Of a stretch of 64,000 bases of DNA, positions 56,801-64,000 are shown one piece after another. The notes beneath the pieces are model-generated. The model was not told where the DNA came from, did no database searches, and saw only the letters and a list, made by a program, of their open reading frames with translations. The translations under genes were made by a program, and so were the position numbers. Position 1 is the first letter of the stretch; each line of letters opens with the position of its first letter. Source of the stretch: an uncultured Lentimicrobiaceae bacterium (lineage in GTDB: Bacteria; Bacteroidota; Bacteroidia; Bacteroidales; 4484-276); the NCBI GenBank assembly GCA_964523795.1, contig CAZGAO010000017.1, positions 15-64,014 on the forward strand. The letters are read 5' to 3'.

Positions 56801-58790
56801 ATCGCCGGTAGAAGATTACGTTTCGATATATCAATATTCTAAGCTCGATTATTATTTGCTTGCTGCTCCCCGCGAACAAAATACCGGCCCGGATGCCGAC
56901 ACCTTATACTTTGTTGTGGATACAATAAATGTATCATCATGGCAGGCACAAATTCCCGGGGATGATTCTTCCTGGATTGAAATATTGATATCCGGGGCGG
57001 ATACACTGGCACTGGCCATTGCCGAAAACTCCGAAACCACCACCCGGCAAGGAAGCATCGCCCTGTTTTCGGCGGTCCATCCTGATGCCCACGATCAGGT
57101 TTCGGTTTATCAATATTCGGCCTCCGAGCCATACATTGCCCTCGACCGAACTTTTGAAGTAGTTCCTTACTCCGGCGATACCATCCAAGTTACACTCTAT
57201 TCAAATGTCGATTCCATTAGCATTTCCAAAGGCAACCAAAGTCCATGGTACGAAATACTTGGCGGGAATATTATTTCGCCGGTCAACAATACTTATACTT
57301 TTGGATTGAAAATCAGCCAAAACCCCGAGGCCTATCTTGCCCGCTCGGCATTTCTCGAAATCAACGCGCTCAATCTTCCGGATACCCTGGTTTCGGAGAA
57401 TTTTTACTTCCGTCAACTGATCAACCCCAATCTTAACAATATTCTTTTGTCGGGTTTTATCACCACCGATTCTGTCGGTTTACCTGCCGTGGACGTAATT
57501 GTGGGTGAGGACACCGTTTATAGTGCGCAAAGTGGGTACTTCCAACGATCCTTGCCTTATGGATGGGTGGGTGCAGTAACGCCGCTTAAGGCCGATTACT
57601 ATTTCGAGCCACCCAATTATGTTTTCGAAACGTCGCAAAAAGCAGACAACGATACAGTGAATTTTAATGCTTTTTTAATCAATCCTACCATTGCCTTTAA
57701 TATTGAAAACGATACGATTTCGATTTGTCCGGGTGCGGCGATTAATCGCAATTCGCCAGAATATCCTTCTTTCGATATTTCGGGAACCTTTGGAGCACGA
57801 AGCTACTGGTGGTTTTCCAATCCGCCCGACCCGCAGCTCAATACCGATACCACCGAAACACCGGCATGGCAGGTATTTTCGCCAACAGTTACCACGCGCT
57901 ATTCGCTTGTGCTGTATAATTATGGTACTGCCGATACCAGCACTTTCACGCTTGGGGTTTATCCCCTTCCCGAGGCTCGCATCATCAGCGGACCGGACAA
58001 GGTGTGTAAAAACCAGGCGGGACTTATTTATTCGGTAAGCGAATTTTTGCCCGGCGAAACTTTTTCGTGGGAACTGTGGAAGGATTCGTTACTGCTAAAT
58101 ACCTGGCAGAGCAATATTGCCGTCATCGACTTTGGCAGCGATGCAGGGTCTTATGAGTTGGTGCTGAAAACATTCAATAAATATGGATGCAGCAGTTCGC
58201 GTAGTATGCAGATAGAGATGGCCAACACAGAGGCACCGCCAGCCACCACGGTTAATAAGAAAAGTGGCGATAATATGCTGGTGTGTACCGATACCGATGC
58301 CACGCGCTACCATTATTCCTGGGGCTGGTACACTATTAATGATGCGGGGATGCTCGATGAAGCCCATATTATTCCTGACCGAAAGGATTGGTTTTGCCGC
58401 CTGCCCGAAAATCACACCTTCGACCCGATAAAGTACAAATACTTTGTGCAAATGACCTTTGCCGATGATAGTTCCTGCGCCTCGCTGTCGTTTTTAAATG
58501 GCAATGCTCCGGTGAAGATTGATGAAGCAAATAGCCAGCCCTTTACCGTTTTCCCAAATCCTTCATCCGGGCAGTTGTACCTGCGCTTTGCAGCTGATTT
58601 TGGAGGAATGTCGGTGCGTACAATTTTGCTCAACAGCGCGGGGCAGAGGATATTTAGTCGAGTTTTCGATCGGGGAGTTTCAGGGCAGGTTTTACTTATT
58701 GACAATAGCGACATTTTAGAGCCAGGAATTTACCTGCTTAGAACCGAAATTGCCGGGACATTTTATAATACTAAAATAGTGGTGCAGTAA
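53823..58790 (+). CDS. 1655-aa secreted protein: ~11 BACON-like repeats plus T9SS C-terminal sorting domain
   Basis: Signal peptide ...LGLSAQ. A ~100-aa repeat recurs, ending in (T/S)R(S/Q)A.I.I(F/Y)......(V/I)RDSV.(V/I)YQYA. C-terminus FTVFPNPSSGQLYLRF...GIYLLRTEIAGTFYNTKIVVQ. ATGA overlap with the LRR gene. Confidence 0.8.
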   Translation: MKNIFETLIGLKILALALMLNTLGLSAQEQAGANQNQSYAKVIKNISEWSQGKITGARVLEIIALPVVQKKLPMNPNRLLGDTIFIVPEIAVAAYDQNQISFQYFPEDTFFEDSILISFPQNPGWITGSTVDSTSSEIAVNIQTNALPEPRSTPVRIQGIINTDTVEYTAYILQQAQQQQFILVLPQFLTLSPEAALTIPIDITTINVDGWTAIFTTNWISVDSASLTNQSIRFDVAANNGNSSRTATIEIQDIENPDIAAQITLTQEASFLVLDPAQVLVPCEGANILVNISSLNVDSIVVDAGVFFGTVQIFSNDSLALTIPPNPDATARQASISVCSFDNPAICAELDVLQYSCNQAYIVISPAFHSVPYEGGLSPDYFINTSNVPTWEVIFDNAIPWITDTIFDGGNLRFQVAANSDAASRSATFKVRSTSNGAIVDSAVLFQAGAPMPVILASPRTQVVSHQGSDSVDFIITYQNIDSWTLDNATLPPWITVDAAAGNLLSLDVMSNNSNITRNANIRIFSPATPQVRDSVFVVQYAAPEQDLVAAPRQQSLPWTASPSVAFAVTAVNVDHWLVDTTALPAWINVAVSGDEVLMLDVEANLSASTRQAVISIFDSLQTEVRDSVSIYQFAQTEAYLIASPREKRLSRLGAEKTDFVISRANVENWETDVTTLPLWIEVLNEGNDTLSLKITENPSMQTRSASISIFATEDTTVRDSVFVFQYAANDTVLIAAPREVLLPAEGSPAVDFAITALYVDAWRVDEDMLADWIEVVSTSEDSLRISVSANDSPGTRSAMIQIYDTLNRNISDSLFIYQYATPQAYILISPRSDTSGFTGKTTSFDITTVNISGDLFFDEALLPEWIEAEIVNNLLNVEINPNGNSATRETTIVVYEDNNPDIRDSVLVYQYALPGKYLLAAPREQSVGHEPGTALFDITAVGMDTWFVDTTTLPAWIPEYSMIGQSIMFSYQENLSLQTRSASIRIFADSMASPVEDYVSIYQYSKLDYYLLAAPREQNTGPDADTLYFVVDTINVSSWQAQIPGDDSSWIEILISGADTLALAIAENSETTTRQGSIALFSAVHPDAHDQVSVYQYSASEPYIALDRTFEVVPYSGDTIQVTLYSNVDSISISKGNQSPWYEILGGNIISPVNNTYTFGLKISQNPEAYLARSAFLEINALNLPDTLVSENFYFRQLINPNLNNILLSGFITTDSVGLPAVDVIVGEDTVYSAQSGYFQRSLPYGWVGAVTPLKADYYFEPPNYVFETSQKADNDTVNFNAFLINPTIAFNIENDTISICPGAAINRNSPEYPSFDISGTFGARSYWWFSNPPDPQLNTDTTETPAWQVFSPTVTTRYSLVLYNYGTADTSTFTLGVYPLPEARIISGPDKVCKNQAGLIYSVSEFLPGETFSWELWKDSLLLNTWQSNIAVIDFGSDAGSYELVLKTFNKYGCSSSRSMQIEMANTEAPPATTVNKKSGDNMLVCTDTDATRYHYSWGWYTINDAGMLDEAHIIPDRKDWFCRLPENHTFDPIKYKYFVQMTFADDSSCASLSFLNGNAPVKIDEANSQPFTVFPNPSSGQLYLRFAADFGGMSVRTILLNSAGQRIFSRVFDRGVSGQVLLIDNSDILEPGIYLLRTEIAGTFYNTKIVVQ

Positions 58791-58798
58791 AAACGAGG

Positions 58799-60511
58799 AT
58801 GAATATGAAGAAATTCGTTTGGATCATAAGTTTTATGTTTTTGATATTTGCCTTGCCGGGATATGGCCAGCACAACCCGACCGAAAAAGTTGCGCAGGCA
58901 CGTCTGCTGCTCAACGACCACCGGGATGCTTCGCATTTTGTCAGCACCAGCCCCGGTGCTTTCGATCCGGTGTGGGAAAGCATGTTCAAAAATTGCGTCC
59001 TGGCCAAAAACATCATTTTTGATATTCCGCTTAAGACGGAGAAGTTTGCCTCCGATCATCCACTTAGCACCTCCTATCTTAATTATGTTTCGGTGGATCG
59101 CTACCTGGAATTGATTCGTAAGCTCTATCAGGAATTTAGCCTAAGCAAAATTGATTTTCAATATCAGGAAACCGGTGTAGATTTAAGTCGTTTGGACAGT
59201 GATAGCATCTTGGTTTTTGAAATCGAAAAACGTTTTGAAGAAAGCCCGGTTTTTAGAAGGGATGTACGAAAATACCTGCTGGAGGTTTCGTTTATAAACG
59301 ATAATCCCAAAATTACAGCCGTCCGCCTTAATGATGTGCCTCAGGTAAAAAATGAGGTGGTGCTTGTGCTCGACATGAAGGATGTTGGCAAGCGGAAGCC
59401 ACAGAATCCCAAAGATATCTACACCATTATCGCTGACCTTACCATCGATTTTGATGAGGATATTTACGATCGGAAACTTACCGAGCAATTTGATCATTTT
59501 GGCAAGATCAATCTCGGCTTCCTATCCAACAGAGCAAAAGTGCGTATTGATCATGTTTATGGAAAAAATGGTGAAAAATTCAGCATTCCGCCCGACTGGA
59601 AAAGCGAGGGCAAAAGTGTGAATCTTCAGCCCGTGGGCGGCTTTCGTGTCGGGCTAAAACCCTACATCTGGAAGGGCTATTCGATCACCTTTGGCCTCGA
59701 AGGCGGGGCAGTGCTTTTATCAAAAAACAATACGGCCCATTTTTCGGATGACAGCGATTTCAAAAATCATCCGGGATTTAGCTTTGGTGCGGGGGCACAT
59801 ATTACCCGATTTTTAAATCCTGAAAACTGGCGTAAAAATTATGGCAGTTGGATTTACGGCTTTGGACTTGGGCTTAGCTTTCACGCCATACAGTATCGCG
59901 TCTCTGCTTCGCAATTCAGCCAGCACCCCTATCCATTTACTGATCTTGTAGGCGATAGCTCTCTGGTACATTTTGCGGGCAATCAGTTCGATGAAATCAT
60001 CCAGACCTACGCTATTAAAATACCCGCCTACATAGAGATTCGAAAAAAAACAATCCCCCGTTTTGGCTTGCGGTCGCTTTCGCTGCAGGCCGGCGTTAAT
60101 GTGATGATACCGGTTCAAAAAGAATATGATGCCGAAGGATTCTTTTCACGTTTTGGTCAGTATCCACAATACAATAACCAGCTTATTACCGATGACGAAT
60201 TTTATAATTATTATGATAAAAAAGATAAGGATTATTCCGGCACCGTGTCGTACAATGCCTTCCAGTTTGAAGGGATGGTAAAAATGAATGCCTTTTTCAA
60301 ACTGGATAACAGGTTTCCTGACCATTCGCTGGTGGTGAGTCTGGTGGCTTCTTTCCCCTTTAGCCGTTCTACATCTTCCAGCCCTAATGATTACTTTATC
60401 AATACCGGCGATGACCTATACTACAGCCTAGCCCAGTCGCGCGACAGGATATACGATTATTATTTTGGGTTGGGTGTGGGTATTAATTTTATCAATTATA
60501 AAGTAGAATGA
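58799..60511 (+). CDS. hypothetical secreted / outer-membrane protein (570 aa), last gene of the cluster
   Basis: Signal peptide MNMKKFVWIISFMFLIFALPGYGQ. The C-terminal half has an alternating beta-strand-like pattern (GFGLGLSFHAIQY, YFGLGVGINFINYKVE). Starts 9 nt after the preceding stop. Confidence 0.6.
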   Translation: MNMKKFVWIISFMFLIFALPGYGQHNPTEKVAQARLLLNDHRDASHFVSTSPGAFDPVWESMFKNCVLAKNIIFDIPLKTEKFASDHPLSTSYLNYVSVDRYLELIRKLYQEFSLSKIDFQYQETGVDLSRLDSDSILVFEIEKRFEESPVFRRDVRKYLLEVSFINDNPKITAVRLNDVPQVKNEVVLVLDMKDVGKRKPQNPKDIYTIIADLTIDFDEDIYDRKLTEQFDHFGKINLGFLSNRAKVRIDHVYGKNGEKFSIPPDWKSEGKSVNLQPVGGFRVGLKPYIWKGYSITFGLEGGAVLLSKNNTAHFSDDSDFKNHPGFSFGAGAHITRFLNPENWRKNYGSWIYGFGLGLSFHAIQYRVSASQFSQHPYPFTDLVGDSSLVHFAGNQFDEIIQTYAIKIPAYIEIRKKTIPRFGLRSLSLQAGVNVMIPVQKEYDAEGFFSRFGQYPQYNNQLITDDEFYNYYDKKDKDYSGTVSYNAFQFEGMVKMNAFFKLDNRFPDHSLVVSLVASFPFSRSTSSSPNDYFINTGDDLYYSLAQSRDRIYDYYFGLGVGINFINYKVE

Positions 60512-60528
60512 TTTTTTTTTAATAATCC

Positions 60529-60823
60529 GAACGCACATTCGTGTACCTCTACTTCCCATCAATCCGATACTCGTGTTTCAATCATTCTGTCAATACAATG
60601 CTCCTAACCTTGTAAACCTGGCAGGTTACCTCCCCATCATTGCATCCTTTCATCACTCCATCAGACGCACGTCCGTGCGCCTCTACTTCCCATCACTCCA
60701 TCAGACGCACGTCCGTGCGCCTCTACTTCCCATCACTCCATCAGACGCACGTCCGTGCGCCTCTACTTCCCATCACTCCAATTCTCCTGTTTCAATCATT
60801 CTGTCATTACAATGCTTCTAAAC
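60529..60823. repeat. composite repeat: 40-bp tandem array (3.25 copies) bracketed by a 42-nt direct repeat
   Basis: catcactccatcagacgcacgtccgtgcgcctctacttcc at 60651-60690, 60691-60730 and 60731-60770, plus a partial copy. A degenerate copy lies at 60529-60566. The 42-nt module atactcgtgtttcaatcattctgtcaatacaatgctcctaac (60567-60608) recurs at 60781-60823. Confidence 0.9.
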
Positions 60824-63800
60824 AAAATCTTTGAGCACCTTCAAAAACATCTTCATTTCGGTGATCTCGGGAATTTCGAGGGTTTCGATGCTGTCATCGA
60901 ATACTGTAATTTGTGCTATCCTAAAAGTACCTTTATCGAGTACGGCCATGCAATGGTCATTTTCAAATATCAGGGCATCCCAATTTTCGGTAAGCATGGC
61001 CAGGTTGCCGCCTCTTTTCAGGGTAAGGTCATGGTATTTCCCATTGCGGGTAAGCAATAGTCCTTCGGCATCCTGATTAAAAGTTTCGTGGCTAAAGTGC
61101 AGTCGTATTTTATCCTGATAGGGCGAACCTGTCGAGGGACAAAAGGTAGTGCAGTTGCCACAGTTGTTGCACCAGTCGGCAATATTTAGTACCTGGTGCT
61201 TTTGTGTAATGGGCAGCGAGTTGGGATAGCCTACCGAAAAGGTATCGTGCCCCAAAGCCACCACGGGTATTTTAATGTCTTTTAGGTTTACCTCAAAGGG
61301 CAGCATGGCCCGGTTGGGGCACACGGTAACGCAAACATTGCACAGGGCATCGCATTGCAAACAGCGGCCTGCTTCTTTCAGGGCTTTGAGCGGCTTGAAA
61401 GTGCTAACTACCGGCGAAAAATCAGTACGGGCTTCGGGAGCCAGGCTTTCCGGGAAATTTGCTTTTTCCACCTGGCAGCGTTTTATCTTTATCTGATCCA
61501 GATCGGCACTTTTGGTCTGGATAAAATGTTTGGCTTGGATTTCGATGCCTGCTTGCTCGGCTATTTCCAATGCTGTACTTTTTGCATCGGCAATGGCAGC
61601 CATTATCGAAATATTAGGATCGGTTACCGCACCGCCGACAAACACGCCATCCAGCTTTGTTTGGTGAGAATCACCATCAATTTTTAACTTACGAATATCC
61701 ACAAAACCGGTGCTTGCAACGCGCTCGCCACCATGGATTATCACATCAAACTTATAGGTTTGCTCGCTGCCTTCAATATCTTCATACTTCAGCTTTTTTG
61801 CCTTATCGGCTTTAGCCTCGCGGGTATTGATAAGCTCCAGGCTGTCAATTTTTCCATCGAGGATATTGTAGTTTTTTACCCTGCAATAGTCAAATATTTC
61901 GATTTCCTCGTCAATGATGGCCTCCTGAATAGAAGGATCCACGTTTATATCGCGACGACTACCCGGGATAATCAAAGCCACATAGCCCTCCTGGCCAACC
62001 AGCCGAATAGCCGCACGAGCCGCATCAGCAGCCATCCAGTCGTTGCCAATTACGGCAACTGCACCGCCTGGCTTATAATCCTTGTCTTCTTTGGCTTTGG
62101 TCAAAAATGTGGCTACATCAATTAGTCCTTCGGTGACATCATTACTTATTTTTGGTAAATTAATCTTAGCAGCACCGGTGGCGACATACACGAAGCTGTA
62201 GGTTTGGCGTATGCGTTCGAAGCGTTCCTTATCAATGGTGGTGTTATTATAAAATTTTATTCCGGCCTTCTTTAATCGCTCGATATCCTTATTGATGGCA
62301 TCGTTGGTAATGCGAAAACCGGGAACCATTTTGCTTATCATCCCACCAACCATAGTTTCGGCCTCATATACATCCACAGCAAAACCATAGCGATTTAAAA
62401 ACCAGGCGCAGGCCAAACCCGACATTCCGCCACCAATAACGGCGACTTCATAGTTATTGGATGGCAGTTTTTTTAAGCCTTCCAAATCGCCGGGCTCAAA
62501 TTCGGAGATAAAACGTTCTACTTCCTTCATCAACACCGGATAATCGTAGCCGGCGCGCATACATGTATAACGCGAGGGGTCATCATCGGCCATGCCCAAA
62601 ATTGAGGGCAGGGGGTTGTCGATAAGTATCGAGTTGATGGCCTTTTGGGGATCATTTTTAAGCGTAAACCAACAATAATCGGCAGGCTTAATGCCGAGCG
62701 GGCTGGCCTCGGTGCAGGGCGCTTTTATGCAATCGTAATGCAGCAAGGGCCGCTCCGACTTATACTTACGCCCCGAAAACACATCTTTTTGACAGGCAGG
62801 ATCGCTAAGCGTGCGCATGGCATAGTTGCGCAGGTTTTCGAGTGCCGATTCTTTCACGCCATATTCGTTACCCGATTTTAAAATAAACTCCCGGATATTC
62901 TTTGCCTGATAGTTAGCGAAGATACGTGAGAGTTCGGTGAAATACTGGTTTAGCCGTCCATATCCTCCGGGTTTCAAAAGATCGGTGGTAACACCTATCG
63001 AGCTAAAACCACTTTGCAGCAGATTAGAAATATTAAAACAATTGGCTCCACCCGCAAAGGCAAGGTCCAGCTGGCCTTCAAACTTGGTTTGAATTTTGGC
63101 AGCCAGGTTAACAGCTATGGGATGCAAGGCTTTACCGCTAAGATAAACCCGTGTGTCGGCTCCCGGAATTTGTGATGAGGTGTTTTTGCAAGTCAGGCTG
63201 TTGGAAATTTTTACGGTGAGTTGTTTTTTCATTTCCCCGGCTATCCCAAGCAGGTTCTCGATAAGTGTGATGGCTTCCCCATATTGGATGGTATCCTCAA
63301 AATCATCCTCAGCTACTTGAACATCGTGGGTATTTTCGTTATTTAAAATGGCTTGCACCGATTTATACCCCAAAAGGGATGGCGATAATTTAACGTTTGG
63401 ATGCAGCTTTTTATCAATCACCAAAAGTTTACAAATATATTCCAACTCGCGAGCCGAACAGCCCTTACAAGTCGTAATGGTAAAGCTTTGGCTTATTTGA
63501 TCAGGGATATTAATATTATTAATACCAGGATATATTTTTTTTATACGATTGATTTTCTCATTTTTTTCTTCACTACAATTTATCATCTTATCGATAAACC
63601 ATTGCATTTTTTCGTGACGTATATCGGCCAGGGTATAAGCCAATCCCATATTGAAAACGGTGCCAATATCCTTGTACTTATTAGTCTTGTTAAAAAGCTC
63701 GTGGTCGATGATGTGAATAATAATCCAGGCATTCAAATACTGGTCGAAAGCATTTTCGATACTTAGCTCCTGCGAAAGTTCGCTATTGAAAGCCCCGTTA

Positions 63801-64000
63801 AAAATATCAATCGAGGGCTTTGCACGTTCGTTCACTGCATTGGGTTGAACCGTTTTCAGGTCGATAAAACGTGCACCACACAGCCAGCCGGTAATAATAT
63901 TCTGAGCCAGTTGGGTATGAGAACCTGCCGACAAGCCAATAGGATTATGAATCCTTTGGCCATACTTCTCGGTGTATAGGCTGTAGTAATGCCAATGTTT
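60818..64000 (-). CDS. ygfK: YgfK-like putative selenate reductase subunit / Fe-S flavoprotein (5' end beyond window end)
   Basis: The frame stays open upstream of the track start to position 64000 (KHWHYYSLYTEKYGQRIHNPIGLSAGSHTQLAQNIITGWLCGARFIDLKTVQ, closely resembling the YgfK N-terminal region). Central FAD/NAD(P) fold VAVIGGGMSGLACAWFL. C-terminal Cys clusters CLQCDALCNVCVTVCPNRA and CNNCGNCTTFCPSTGSPY. Confidence 0.7.
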   Translation of the reverse strand, partial: KHWHYYSLYTEKYGQRIHNPIGLSAGSHTQLAQNIITGWLCGARFIDLKTVQPNAVNERAKPSIDIFNGAFNSELSQELSIENAFDQYLNAWIIIHIIDHELFNKTNKYKDIGTVFNMGLAYTLADIRHEKMQWFIDKMINCSEEKNEKINRIKKIYPGINNINIPDQISQSFTITTCKGCSARELEYICKLLVIDKKLHPNVKLSPSLLGYKSVQAILNNENTHDVQVAEDDFEDTIQYGEAITLIENLLGIAGEMKKQLTVKISNSLTCKNTSSQIPGADTRVYLSGKALHPIAVNLAAKIQTKFEGQLDLAFAGGANCFNISNLLQSGFSSIGVTTDLLKPGGYGRLNQYFTELSRIFANYQAKNIREFILKSGNEYGVKESALENLRNYAMRTLSDPACQKDVFSGRKYKSERPLLHYDCIKAPCTEASPLGIKPADYCWFTLKNDPQKAINSILIDNPLPSILGMADDDPSRYTCMRAGYDYPVLMKEVERFISEFEPGDLEGLKKLPSNNYEVAVIGGGMSGLACAWFLNRYGFAVDVYEAETMVGGMISKMVPGFRITNDAINKDIERLKKAGIKFYNNTTIDKERFERIRQTYSFVYVATGAAKINLPKISNDVTEGLIDVATFLTKAKEDKDYKPGGAVAVIGNDWMAADAARAAIRLVGQEGYVALIIPGSRRDINVDPSIQEAIIDEEIEIFDYCRVKNYNILDGKIDSLELINTREAKADKAKKLKYEDIEGSEQTYKFDVIIHGGERVASTGFVDIRKLKIDGDSHQTKLDGVFVGGAVTDPNISIMAAIADAKSTALEIAEQAGIEIQAKHFIQTKSADLDQIKIKRCQVEKANFPESLAPEARTDFSPVVSTFKPLKALKEAGRCLQCDALCNVCVTVCPNRAMLPFEVNLKDIKIPVVALGHDTFSVGYPNSLPITQKHQVLNIADWCNNCGNCTTFCPSTGSPYQDKIRLHFSHETFNQDAEGLLLTRNGKYHDLTLKRGGNLAMLTENWDALIFENDHCMAVLDKGTFRIAQITVFDDSIETLEIPEITEMKMFLKVLKDFV

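Noticed and set aside
60651-60780. Possible CRISPR array (identical 40-bp units)
   Set aside because: The units are directly contiguous with no spacers, and no cas genes are nearby. It is a simple tandem repeat. Track ORFs 60573-60821, 60640-60834 and 60755-61060 are just translations of the repeat or of antisense sequence.
1-64000. tRNA, rRNA, tmRNA, RNase P or riboswitch genes in the intergenic regions
   Set aside because: Scanning the spacers by eye found no GTTCGAATC-type T-arm, no rRNA-like conserved blocks and no recognisable riboswitch cores (e.g. no Moco motif upstream of the ABC operon). This is weak negative evidence and should be rechecked with tRNAscan-SE and Infernal.

Overview
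The window looks like chromosomal DNA from a Bacteroidota-type organism, probably anaerobic or microaerophilic. Three large proteins end in T9SS-type C-terminal sorting domains. The DUF1573-yajC-YbbR-coaE arrangement is present, along with an FNR-like regulator, a rubredoxin fusion and a YgfK-like Fe-S flavoprotein. All calls come from reading the six-frame translations and the DNA by eye; no HMM, BLAST or folding software was run, so family names are motif-level recognitions. Housekeeping blocks: (1) a PEGA-domain protein with a secreted partner; (2) a Mo/W/sulfate-type ABC importer; (3) a fused GT3 glycogen synthase / GT35 alpha-glucan phosphorylase; (4) DUF1573-yajC-YbbR-coaE; (5) argB-argD-argC-argJ on the minus strand; (6) an S9 peptidase, a SAM methyltransferase, a flavin-reductase::rubredoxin fusion, YceI and a class-V aminotransferase; (7) a LytS/LytTR two-component pair. 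Accessory content: a UPF0175/DUF3368 toxin-antitoxin pair; an AT-rich two-gene cassette with a HEPN-like gene broken by a nonsense codon; an AT-rich islet with a DUF262/DUF1524 (GmrSD-like) nuclease and a 3x36-aa repeat protein; and two abutting transposase 3' fragments. The most interesting locus is 46.7-60.5 kb, a tightly coupled six-gene operon. It encodes a small helical protein, a SIR2_2-like protein with substituted catalytic positions, an nSTAND-type ATPase with a transmembrane helix, a signal-peptide-bearing ~38-repeat LRR protein, a 1655-aa BACON-like repeat array with a T9SS domain, and a putative outer-membrane protein. I flag this operon as a candidate uncharacterised NTPase-centred conflict or surface-sensing system. 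Intergenic regions are unusually rich in modular repeats (REP-like hairpins, short-period tandem blocks, a 40-bp tandem array). One ~120-nt nested-hairpin element occurs twice with compensatory changes in both stems. No rRNA, tRNA or CRISPR array was recognised.
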